Source of the DNA: Cyanophora paradoxa CCMP329
Taxonomy: Eukaryota; Plantae; Glaucophyta
Assembly: GCA_004431415.1 (NCBI GenBank)
Contig: QPMI01000198.1
Coordinates: forward strand, 1-64,000
Length of the DNA: 64,000 bases
Direction: 5' to 3'
A program made the translations under genes and the position numbers. The notes beneath the pieces are model-generated. The model searched no databases, had not been told where the DNA came from, and saw nothing but the letters and a program-made list of their open reading frames with translations. Below, piece by piece: positions 10,810-22,100 of this stretch. Position 1 is the stretch's first letter; every line of letters begins with the position of its first letter.

Positions 10810-12743
10810 ATGGCGCGCTCGGACGACGAGGACAGGCGGGATCGGTCGCGCGACAGGAAAGAGAAGCGCCGTAGCCGATCGCGCTCCTCGTCGAGCAGCT
10901 CGAGCAGCGGCAGCTCGAGCGCCGGTACGGCTTGCGCGTCGGCCCGAGCGAGCGCGACGTGACGCCCTCGCTCGCTCGCAGGCGACCGCAAGCGCCGTCG
11001 CTCGAAGGACGAGGACCGGAAGGACGACGTGCGCGCCGCCCGGTCTGCCCCGTGCCGCTCGCTGACGCGCGTACGCGTGCAGAAAAAGCGGAAGGACGAG
11101 AAGCGGGAGGAGAAGAAGCGACGCAAGGAAGAGGTAGGCGCCATCCGAACTCTGCCGCCGGCCTGTGGGCCCGCCGGCTGGCCTCTAGCTAAGCGGCGAG
11201 CTGGAGCGGCGAGCGGGAGCTGGGAGCGGCCCGCGAAGCTGAGCCCGGAGCCGCAGAAGAAGGCCAAGAAGGAGGCGAAGCGGGCGGCAAAGGAGGCGAA
11301 GCGGGCGGCCGCCGCGGCGAAGGAGGCGGCGGCGAGCGCGGAGAAGGCGAGCGTGAGCGCGCCGATCACGCCGGACGACTACTTCGCCAAGGCGAGCGAG
11401 TTCCGCACCTGGCTCAAGGAGATCAAGGACAAGTTCCTCGACGAGATGAGGTGCCCCCGCCCGCCCCGCGCGCGCGTGCGCGTGCCCCCTTCCCCGCCCT
11501 CCCGACGCGCCCGGCCGGGACCCAGTTCGGACAAGGCGCGCAAGTACTTCTGCGACTTCGTCAAGGACTGGAATGCCGGCAAGCTGCCCCCGAAGTAGTG
11601 CGCCCTACCCCCCCCGCCTTCTCCCCCACCTCCCACACCGGTACCCCCAGCTACGCGGGGATACGGGAGACGGGGGTGGACGCGGCGGAGCGGACGCGCT
11701 ACAAGTGGGGCTTCGCCAAGAACGTCGACGCCCACCAGCTCGCCTCCGGTGCCCGCCCCGCCCCGCCCCCGCCCCCCTCACGGGTCCGCTGACCCGCCGG
11801 GCCGCGCAGTGCGGGACACGATCGACACGGACACGAACAAGGCCGCGCAGCTCGGGTCCGGCGCCCCGCGGGTGTGTTGCCTTCTTCTGCCCTGGCCGGC
11901 GCGCGCGGGGCGGACGGCGGGGGGCGGGGCGCAGGCGGCGGCGTCGGGGACGGGGACGAACAACGTGCCGCTGGGGGGAGGCGGCGGGGCGAGGCCCGGG
12001 GTCCGGCCCCGCGACCGTGCGCCCCGCCGCCCCGCCCCGCCCCGCCCCGCCGCGCCGGCGGCGACCCTCGCGGGGCAGCGGTGGACGAGGAGAACGAGCG
12101 GGACGCGGCGCGCATCGGCCTCAAGGCGCGCCCCCGCCCCGCCCCCCGCCGGCCCCCGCGTGCTGAGGGGCGGGGCAGCGGGACCGGAAGGCGCTGGAGC
12201 GGCAGCACAAGGAGACGATGGAGGAGCTGGTGCCCAAGGCCGACCCGGGCTCCTTCCAGGCCCGCCTCGAGAAGAAGGCCGCCAAGGGCGCCTACACCAA
12301 GAACGAGCGCGACGTCGAGCCCGAGATCAGGCCCGCCCCGCCCCGCCGGGGGCGCGCCGGGGCCGGCGTGTGACGGGGGCGGGCAGCGAGCGGGACCTGA
12401 TGGGGGGCGGGGACGACTTCAAGGCCCGTCTCGCCCGCGAGCGCGCCTGGCGGGTGCCGGCCCCCCGGCCCCTCGGCGCGGGCCCTCGCTGAGGGGCGCG
12501 CAGGAGAAGCAGCAGGCGAGCAAGGCGGCGCAGGCGGAGGACCGGCGGGCGGCGTACGAGCAGAAGGAGCGCGAGAAGATGGAGGCCTTCAAGGCCGCCA
12601 TAGGTGCCCCAGGGCCCCCCGGGGCTTGCTCGCGCTTCTGCGCCCCGACGCGGCCCCCGCCCACCCGCCCCGCCCCGCCCCGGCCCCGCAGGCTTCAACG
12701 AGCGCTTCGGCGCCGGCGGCCGGTAGCGCGGGCGGAGATCTAG
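10810..12743 (+). CDS. RS/K-rich nuclear protein, style cell-cycle inhibitor 1 (SCI1)-like
   Basis: Multi-exon. RS-rich N-terminus, then ITPDDYFAKASEFRTWLKEIKDKFLDEMSSDKARKYFCDFVKDWNAGKLPPKYYAGI, and a C-terminal coiled coil. Confidence 0.7.
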
Positions 12744-12978
12744 AGGCGAGCTCGAGCGGCCCCGCCGGGCAGCGTTCGTGTGCGAGCGGCGCCGACCGCT
12801 GCTCTGCGCCTGTGAAACTGCATGCGGATGCGCCGAGCCCGGGCCGGCGGGGCGCGCGCAGGGGAAGTTGGGGCGACGCCCGCGCCAGCCCGGGGGCGAC
12901 CGAGGGTGTGTGCTTAGTTACAGTCGATTTCTACAAGTCACGCGATGCGAAGAGGCGAGGAGAGGCACGAGGGCGGGG

Positions 12979-14859
12979 CTAGAGGAGGTCGAGTGCGTCG
13001 AGGGCCTCGGCGGCGAGCTCGCCCTCGGCCTCCTCGCACGCCTCCGCCCCCGCCGCCCCGTCCAGCGCCACCACGCGGCCCGAGGCCGCCGCGTCGAGCC
13101 CCGCCGCCACCTCGCGCAGGTCCCACACGTCCTCCGCGTCCTCCTCCTCCTCCGCCTCCGCGGCGGGGCGCGCGTGGGTGATGTGGGAGGGGAGGGGCAC
13201 GTCGCGGATCTCCGGCACGTCCAGCGCCCGCCCCGGCGCCTCCTCCCGCACCTCGTTCGCCTCCGCCCCCGCCCGCAGCGCCACCCGCCGCCCCGCCCCG
13301 CCCTCCTGCGCCGCGCGCGCCCGTGGGCGGGGGCAGAGCAAGGGCGGGGCGGAGGTGGGGGCGCGCACGGGGCGGGTCTCGGGGGTGGCGAGGGCGCGCA
13401 GCAGCTCCTCCCCGCCCTCCTCGCCGACTTCCTCCTCCCCCTCGGCTTCGGGGAAGGCGAGGGGGGCGGCGAGGGAGGGCCCGATGGGCGCCGCGAACTC
13501 GACGGCCTCCGCCGCGAAGTCCTCCTCCTGCGCCACCGCCAGCGCCACCGCCTCCACCCGCAGCTCCGCCGCCCCGGGCGCCCCCGCCCGCAGCGCCTCC
13601 GGCTCCACAACCGCCACCGCCCCCTCCTCGTGCAGGCCCACCGCCGTGTACCCGTGGCCCGCCTCCTCCCCCTCCTCCTCGAGCGCCACCGCCGTGTACG
13701 GGTGCGGCGCCACGGCCTCGGCCTCGGCGAGGGGCGGGGCGTCGGCGTGGGGGGAGTAGGGGGCGGGGGCCTCGGCGTCGGCGGCGTCGTGGCCGGGGAC
13801 CTCGACCTCCTCGTAGCGCCCGGCCTCGACCTGCTCGAGCAGCTCCCCCGTCGGCCGCGCCGGCACCTCGAACGTGATCTCCTCCAGCGCCCGGCCCCCC
13901 GCCGGCGCCGGCGCCACGTACGCCCCGCCCCGCCCCGCCAGCGGCACCACCGCCCGCGGGTCCGCCGCGTCGGGCCGCGGGGCGCCAGCACCTCCTCCGA
14001 GCCGCTCCGCACGAGCGGCGCCTGCCGCTCCACCGGCTCCGTCCCCGGGCGGACGCGGGGGGCGGGTGCGCCCGGCTCGTCGAGGCTGGCGACGCGCTGC
14101 GGGAGGACGCCGGCGCGCTCCGCGGCCCGCGCCAGCGGGTCCTCCTCCTCCACCCCGAGGCTCGCCAGCGCCCGCTCCACCCGCTCCTCCCACCCCTCCC
14201 CGCCCGCCTCCCCCGCCTCCTCCGCTTCCTCCTCCGCCGCCGGGGCCGGCGGGGCGGGGCGGTCCCAGGTGCGCTCGTGGCGGTCCTGGGAGCGCTCGAG
14301 GGCGGCGGGGACCTGGGCGGGGACCTCGCGCTCCTCGCGCGCCGCATCCGCCCCCTCGTCCGCCGTCGTCACCACCTTCATCCCGCCCTGCGCCCCGCCC
14401 CGCGCCCTCAGGAAAAGGAGGGAAAAGAAGTTTGGGCTGGGGCCGGGGCCGGCCTTGGTGACGACGATCTTCTTGATGGCGGGCGGGGGCGGCGGGGCGG
14501 CCTCCGCCGGCTCCTCCCGGGGCGGCGGGGCCGCGTGGCGCGGCGGCAGCTCGTACGCCGCCGGCTCCGCGGCGCGCCCCGCGCCGGCCTCCTCCGCATC
14601 CACCACGGAGACCGCCTTGCCCATCTTCGTCCTGCCGGCGCGTCAGCGGCGCCGCCTCCGCCGCGCCGTCACCCTCGCACCGGTACTGCACGTTCGCCGC
14701 TGGCCTGTACTCCACCGGCTGCCCGCTCGACTCGCTCGCCTCCGGCGCGCTCGGCTCTGGAACGTACTCCTGCCGCACGGGCTCCGGCGCGCTGGGCCGG
14801 ACGCTGGCGCTGCCGTTATTCACAGTTCCCGACTCCTCGGTCACTGGCTTCAGCGACAT
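12979..14859 (-). CDS. Hypothetical E/A/P-rich low-complexity protein
   Basis: Coding-like GC3 bias across frames (MSLKPVTEES..., EEITFEVPARPTG...ALDALDLL*). No recognisable domain. Confidence 0.5.
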   Translation of the reverse strand: MSLKPVTEESGTVNNGSASVRPSAPEPVRQEYVPEPSAPEASESSGQPVEYRPAANVQYRCEGDGAAEAAPLTRRQDEDGQGGLRGGCGGGRRGARRGAGGVRAAAAPRGPAAPGGAGGGRPAAPARHQEDRRHQGRPRPQPKLLFPPFPEGAGRGAGRDEGGDDGGRGGGCGARGARGPRPGPRRPRALPGPPRAHLGPPRPAGPGGGGGSGGGGGGGRGGVGGAGGAGAGEPRGGGGGPAGAGRGARRRPPAARRQPRRAGRTRPPRPPGDGAGGAAGAARAERLGGGAGAPRPDAADPRAVVPLAGRGGAYVAPAPAGGRALEEITFEVPARPTGELLEQVEAGRYEEVEVPGHDAADAEAPAPYSPHADAPPLAEAEAVAPHPYTAVALEEEGEEAGHGYTAVGLHEEGAVAVVEPEALRAGAPGAAELRVEAVALAVAQEEDFAAEAVEFAAPIGPSLAAPLAFPEAEGEEEVGEEGGEELLRALATPETRPVRAPTSAPPLLCPRPRARAAQEGGAGRRVALRAGAEANEVREEAPGRALDVPEIRDVPLPSHITHARPAAEAEEEEDAEDVWDLREVAAGLDAAASGRVVALDGAAGAEACEEAEGELAAEALDALDLL

Positions 14860-15341
14860 GAGCGAGAGCGCCGCGATGGAGGCCGGAGAGGCAACCTGCG
14901 GCCGGACGCCGAGCGGTTAGAGCGCCGCCGCCGGCCACACAGCGGACGCCGGGCGAACCGAGAGCCCTATCTGCTCAGAGAACGAAGGCTGCGGAGGCTG
15001 CATCTTTGAAACGCTCGCCGTCGCCGCTGCCGCCACGTCCTGATGCGAACATCAGTGCTAACCGATCGAATCATGTCCGAGCGCTACTGCGGCGCACCGC
15101 GCCGCCAGCGGCCCCTCCCCCGGCCTGCGTGGAACGTAATGTCAGAAGCAGCTTAGTTGCGTTGCGCTAACAACGAGAAGCTCGGAGATGAAACGGCAAG
15201 CTGGCTAGCTTTCAAACGTTAGCTACGACTTAGGTCCAGCGCGAGGGGAATGACACTTACGAGGGCGCCGAAGGCCCATCCAGCCGGCATGCCCGCAGCG
15301 AGCCGAGCAGGCTGGCCAAGCGGGGGGTACGCAGTCTTCTG

Positions 15342-18300
15342 ATGCCGGACCTCGCGAGCGGGGCGGCGAGCCTGCGGGCGGAGCCTGTCGCAGGCAAGGC
15401 TCCGATCAACATCGAGCTGCGATTGGGATCGGCGATCGTCCTCCGGGGGACTCTGCACCACGCGGCCCTTCAGTCCGGCCCCGCGACAGGTCAGCGGGCG
15501 TCAGGCCGTTCTCTGATCGCTCAAAGAGCCCATCTGCCTCGTATATTTCGCGATCGCTGATCCCCGAACGCGCAGTGAGCAAGTCGAACGCTGGCGAGTT
15601 GTCCTTCGAGTGGGCCTCTGCTTCGGAGCCGTCCGAAAGCACTCTGCGGCTGGACATCGTCGCGCGATCGGACGGCGAGTTCGATCTGCACTGGACGCTG
15701 CGCCGCGCCGAGTATGAGGAGTCGCGATGGCGCGTCGAGGACGTGTACGACCTGGCCTCCGGCAAGCACTGGTTCGGCGGCGGCGAGCTCTGCCGACAGC
15801 ACTGGCCGCTGGAGACGCTCGCCTGGGAGGCTCGCACTCCCCCGCCTGCCCTCCGTTTCCCCGTTTCGTTCTCGTCCGCGTTCGCGCGGCAGTACACAGC
15901 GGAGATTGCGCCGTGCGGTCCGCCGCCGTGGCGCTTTACTCCTCCTGAGTATTGCCATATTGAATACGATGCCAGTTTGAAGTGCCGCGGGCTCTTCCGT
16001 GCCCCGGTGCTATAGACGCTTCGCACATCCTCCCCGCCCCGCCCGCTTTCCCCGCTTTCCGCGCATCCGCGCAGCTCCAGTGCTGACGCGACTCGTCAGG
16101 TCGGGCCGTACTATCCTTTCGACAACGGCCCGAACGGGCTGGGCAATTTGCTGCACCCGCTTTTCTTCACGTCCTCGGGCGCCGCCATCGCAATTGGTGC
16201 GCGGTGTGCGGGCCTTGTGCAATGGAATAGTCCTCTTGCGATGGAGTGCCGAACGCTGCCGGGGGGGCCGCACACGGGTACGGGGGCCGGGCTGCACGCT
16301 GATGGGGGGCCACGGCATGCAGATCCGGCGCTGCCGTACCTGCACCTGGGGCTGAACCCCGTGACGCCGCCGCCGGCGGACCGGCTGCACAACCGGGAGT
16401 TCGTGACGGGGTTCGAGAACTTCGGGCGGGCGCTGCTGCCCCTCGTGGACGGGGCCGAGCCCGGGGCGCGCCGCGGCGATGGCCTCCTCCACGTCCAGGC
16501 CCGCCCCTACGAGTGCGCCCCGCCGGGCTGCGCTCGCGCCGGGCCGCGCTCGCGGCGGGGCTGAGCTCGCGCCGGCCGCGCAGCGACGACGGGATCCGGC
16601 ACCCGCTGGGCGGCTGGCGGGCCCCCGTGCTGCCGGCGGCCCCGGGGCGCCCGGGGGCCTGCAGCGTGCTGCGCTACACCCTCTCCGCCCAGCGGCACGC
16701 GCGGGCGGCGATGGAGCGCCTGCTGGCCGGCCTGCCGCGGGCCCCGGCGCCGCCGCCGGCGTGCCTCTTCCGGGAGCCGATCTGGACGACGTGGGCGCGC
16801 TACAAGATGGACGTGACGCAGGAGAGGGTGCTGGAGTTCGCGGAGGAGATCGCGGGGCACGGCTTCGCGCGCTCCGTCATGGAGATCGACGACCGCTGGT
16901 CCGCCGAGTACGGCGACCTCGAGTTCGACCCGCTCAAGTTCCCCGACCCCGCCGCCATGGTCCGCCGCCTCCACCAGATGGTGCCCCGCCCCCGCCCGCC
17001 CCTGCCGGCCCCGCCCCGCCGGCCCCGCGCGCGTGACGGCCGGCGCAGGGCTTCCGGGTGACCCTGTGGGTGACGCCCTTCGCCAACGAGGCCTCCGACG
17101 CCTACCAGGCCCGCCCCCCGCTCCCCTCCCGCGCCGCCTTCTCCGCGGCGAGCCCCGCGGCAGGAGGGGGCGGCGAAGGGCTACTGGGTGAAGGCCTCGC
17201 GGGAGCCCGGGGAGAGGGGCGTGGGGGCCTTCCGCTGGTGGCAGCCCGGCGGGGCGGCCGCCCTCGACGTCACCAACCCCGCCGTCCGCCCCGCCCGCCC
17301 CGCCCCGAATGTCTCCCGGCGCCGAGCCCGGGGCCCGCCCGCCCCGCAGGCCCTCGAGTGGTACAACGCCGGCCTCCGCAGGCTCCAGGAGAAGGTGCCC
17401 TCGTGCCCCCCTTTCCCCTCCCCTCCACCCCCGCCTCACGCCCGCCGCAGTACGGCATCGGTGCGCGCGGGGCCGCCGGGGCGGGCGCCGGCCGGGCACG
17501 CTCCGCCGGGGGCCGAGGCGGGGGCGGGGGCAGACGGATTCAAGTTCGACGGGGGCGAGGCCTGCTTCCTGCCGAAGCGGCCGGAGCCCGGCTGCGGGAC
17601 GCACGCCCCGCTCACCGCCCCGGGCGCCTACACCGCCGCCTATGTCCGCGGCGTCGCCGCCAAGTGCGCCCCGCCGCCCCCGCAGCCTCCTGCGCCCTCA
17701 ACGGCGGGCAGGTTCCCGCTGTGCGAGGTGCGCTGCGGGTACGGCACGCAGGAGCTGCCGCTGCTGGTGCGGGAGTGGGACCGCTTCTCGACGTGGGGCC
17801 TCGACAACGGCCTGCGGAGCCTCGTGACGGCGGCGCTGGCCTTCGGGGCGATGGGCTACCCCTTCGTGCTCCCCGACATGATCGGCGGGAACGCCTACGG
17901 CAACGTCCCCGAGCGCGAGCTCGTCATCCGCTGGGCCCAGGTCCCCGCGGGGCCCCGCGCTGCCCGGCGCCGCGCCTCACCGCCCCGCGCAGGCGAACGC
18001 GCTGCTGCCCTCGATGCAGTTCTCCATCGCCCCGTGGGACTACTACGGCCGCGACGCCGCCGTCCTCGAGGCGCGCCCCGCCCGCGCCCGCTCGCGCGCG
18101 CCCCTCACGTCCGGCGGGGCGCAGGGCACGTGGGTCGAGTCGGTGGCGCGCTCGGTGCTCGGCAACGACCGCGCGCGGCACGCCGTCTCGTGGGCCGTCC
18201 ACGCCGCCGCCCGCGCCGTCCTCAAGGCCCGCCACGCCCGCAAGGCCGCCCGCGCCGCCTTCGCCTCCCGCCTCCACCGCGCCGCCAGCGCCTGCTTCGG

Positions 18301-19023
18301 CGCCCGCGGCGCCCCGCCGGCCCCGCCCGCCGCCGGCGGCGGCGCTTCCGTCTTCGACGAGAAGGCGGCGCGGAGCAGCGGGGCGGAGGCGGTCTCCGAG
18401 CGGCTGCTCGACGCCCGCCGCGCCCTCAGCGACGAGGAGCGCGTGCGCTCCGCCCGCCGCCGCCGCCGCGCCGGGCCGGGGCCGACGCCGCGCGCAGGCC
18501 AAGGGCGATGAGACGGTGCGGCTGTGCCGGGAGGCGGTGCGGTGGCACCTGCGGGCGGCGCCCCTCATCCTCCGCCTCGCCGACGAGGCCGCCGCCACCG
18601 GCCGCCCCGTGCGCCCCGCCGCGCCCTGACTCGGCGCAGCCGCGGCTGAGCGCGGGGGCAGATCGTGCGGCCGCTCTTCTGGGTGGCGCCGGAGGACGCG
18701 GAGGCGGCGGCCGTGGGGGACCAGTTCTGCCTCGGCGACGACGTCATCGTGGCGCCCGTCATGGAGAAGGCCCGCCGCCCCCTCCCGCGCCCCCGCGCTC
18801 GCCCCGCCTGACGCTGCGGGGCCGCCGGCAGGGGGCGGTGGCGCGCGACGTGTACCTCCCCGCCGGTCGCTGGCGCGACGTCCTGCGCTCCGGCGGCGAG
18901 CTCCGGTGCCTCGGCGGGGGCGGGGCCGGCGCGGGCGGCGAGGACGTGGTGCTGGAGGGCGGGCGCTGGCACCGCGCCTACCCCGCCCCCCTCGACTTCC
19001 TCCCCTGGTTTGAGCGCTGCTGA
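15342..19023 (+). CDS. Glycoside hydrolase family 31, MYORG/KIAA1161-like
   Basis: HWFGGGEL..QHWPLE, PIWTTWARYK, SVMEIDDRW..YGDLEFDPLKFPDP, GFRVTLWVTPF, DGFKFDGGE (nucleophile), LPDMIGGN (acid/base), MQFSIAPWDY, DQFCLGDDVIVAPV, RDVYLPAGRW. Confidence 0.9.
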
Positions 19024-19199
19024 GCGCTCGCTGGCCCGACCGTCGGACGGCGGCGGCGGCGGCGGTTGTACATCTGTAGAGATCAGGCAGGGGGGGCGGC
19101 CTACCGGGCTGTACAGCAGGCCGCTCAGTGTGATCAGCAGGCTGACACAGTACAAGGATTTGATATCATGTACAATCAAGATCTATAGAAGCACATGCA

Positions 19200-22100
19200 C
19201 ACTACTCAGGCCCGAGGGGTTGGGGGGCGGGGCGCAGTCGCGATCGGGCAGCCGGGCGCCGGCATATGCATGCGCAGAGACGTTCTCGAGCTTCGAGCTC
19301 GCGATCGGAGTCTGTCAGCCTGACACTAGTACTGCGGCAGCCGCTGAGCGTCCGACATGAACCATGGCCAATTAACAGCTAGACCTCCCGAGTCCCCCAC
19401 GCATCGGCTGGTGGGGCTGCTGGACTCGACTGGCGAAGCAGCAGGATGCGGAAGACGGAGGAGCAGGCCAGGCGGTGTCGAGCGCCCTTCGCAGCTAGCG
19501 CTGCAGCTGCTGGCCATGCATATGGCCACATGTACACGGACATGTACACGAGCACGCACACTCGAGCTCAGCGCGGGAAAATTTAAAAGCGTCTTGCCCA
19601 GGCCCCCTATAGCTAGTAGGGCCTTACGGCCGCCTGCGACCCGCGGGCGCCTGGGCCACGGATAATCAGTTCAGGGAAGGAGAAGATAGACATATATAGG
19701 CTGCGCATGCGCTGGAAGCGGGCGCAGCACGCCGGCGCACGTGGACGTGCATGTACACGTGCGGCACTGCACCCGGGGCCGGCTCTGGGTTCGGCCGAGC
19801 TCCAGCACTCTCCTCGACGATCGCGAGTCACTGAGTGCCCCTCATGATCACGACCGCTCGCTGCCGCCGGCGCCTCCCGCTCGGGACGCGAGAGCGGATA
19901 GAACCTCCTCGCTGCACCCGACAGCGAGGGAAAGCGGGGTGCGGCCGGCAGAGTCGGCGAGGTTGGTGTCCACGTCCGCCCGCTCTGCGGACGCGCGCGC
20001 CCTTTCAGCGAGGCCCAATCTCCCGCCATGGCCAACGCAGGTGTAAATGCATCCTGTGCACCAAAGAGCCTCAAAAGTGCTGCCTTCGTGAAGTTCTTGT
20101 GGGTGGGTCTGAGCAGGAGATGCAGCACAGTCGACCCTTCGCCGTCAATGGCGTTCACGTCAACGGGGCGCTTGAGAAGCTCAGCGAATGCAGCGTCGTT
20201 CACGCATTCGCCCATGACCGCGTAGTGAAGAGCAGTGCGGCCGGCGTCGTCGCGGGCGGTGAGGTCGATCCTCGGGTCTGCGAGTAACGGCCGCCAAGCG
20301 CGGTCGTAGTGGACGCTGATCGCCGCCATGAGGAGCGTGCGGCCGCCGGAGCCGCGGGCGTTGGGGTCGGCTCCGGGGCGCGCGAGGAGGGACTGGATGA
20401 GGAACCCGGCGGGATCTTCCGAGCTCATCATCGCGACCGCCACGTGCAGCGCCGCCGCCAACCATTCGGCACTCTTGGCCCCCACGCGCGCGAGCGCCTG
20501 TAATATTCCCGAGCTCACGCCCTGCAGGACCTCCAAACGCGCAAGAGGGCTTCGCCCCCGTGCATCTGCGCGTGCGGTGGAGACCGCGGACCTGGGTCAA
20601 GCAAGCTGCAAGGTGGCCATGGAGAGCGCGCCAGGCACCGGTGGTCTCGAGAAGACCAGGGTGAGTGCGCATCAGCGCTTCGACAGCTGCAACGCCGGAG
20701 CCAAAGTTTTGCAGTACGGCAAAGAGAGCGTTCTCTCCGGCAGCGTCCTGCCGAGCCGCTAATATTGAGTCCCTCGAAGGGATATCGATCCGGTGCGAGC
20801 GGACGAGGATCGAGGGGGACATCAGCCTTGCCTTGATAAAGGGGTCGGAGCCGAGGGCGAGGAGGGCGGAGACGACGAGCCCGGATCGATCGGTGCCCTC
20901 GGTGGCGTGGACGTGCAGGGGCGTCCTCCCCGAGTGCGTCCGCGCGTTCACGAGCGGGGCGAGCCCCAGAGATCGCAACACCTGCGGAGGCGTTCAGACG
21001 CGACGATATTGAAAAGCGGCGCCCGCCCCCGCGGCCGGCCAGCGCATCGGACCTCGGCAAGCGCCTTGGGATCTTCGGGCGACTCGCGTGAACGGATCCG
21101 AAATGGCAAGTGTAACGGCGAAGCGCCCTCCTCCTCCCCGACGCTGCCAATCGTGTTACGAGAGGAACACGAGAGACACACGAGAAGCGGGACAATTCAT
21201 ACGGACAAGCGCGGCGAAGGGGCCACCCACGGGAAGAACGGAAATGGGCTCCCCTTTACACCGTGGCACGAAGTAGTGTGAGCGGCAACAACTTGTGGCC
21301 CCACCGTGGCCAAGGACGCAAAGGTGCGCACCCAGCGCTTGGCGGGGCTAGCGGCGAAGTGAGGGTGGGCGTGGCAGACGGCTTCGGGGTCCGCGCCCAG
21401 CTCCTGGAGGCGCTGGGCGAGGTCCAGGTTCCCTCCCACGACGGCCTCTGCCCCACTTGCAAAGTGGGCTTCTACGAGCGCCGGTGGCAGGAGGCGGGCG
21501 CGCGGACCGATGAAAGCGGTGCGACCGTTGCTGTTGCGCGCGTCGAGTCCCGCGCAGGCGTCCTTGGGGACCCGCGCAAGAGCGGAGAGGAATGCCACTC
21601 CATCAGCGTCCTCCAGGCGGCGCGCCCCCTCGTTCGGACTTGCATCGAAGAGCGCGCGCTCCGCCTGCAACGTTCCAGCCGCATTCAGACCGAGAGAGCG
21701 CGAGAGGGACGAGACTGGCACGCCTGGTTATGGAGCTCGCTGTCAAAGATCGCGAGCGCCGCCCGCGCCTTGAGGCGAGCGAGCACCTTGGAGTACTTGG
21801 GCGAGGGCCATACTGGCGAATTCACAAAACTGCAGGGGCGGGGTCGCGATGGAACGGTCAACGATCAGGCCAGGGCTTCGCGCCCGTGATCGGGTTTGGA
21901 GCTAGCTATATATATAGCGCGGCCGCACTGCTCCCACTCCATCATCTTTTTCGTTTTCTTGGAGAGCCTGATCTTTGCCTGCGTTGACGACGATGGTGAG
22001 CGCGTGCCGTGCCCAGGCTGCTAACGCAGGCACGCACGAGGTAGAGCTCGGCCAGCGACGGGTGCGCCTCGACGAAGCTGAGGAGCGCCTTGGCCTCCAC

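Noticed and set aside
12778-15009. 743-aa plus-strand ORF
   Set aside because: Antisense to the minus-strand E/A-rich gene, with no domain signal.
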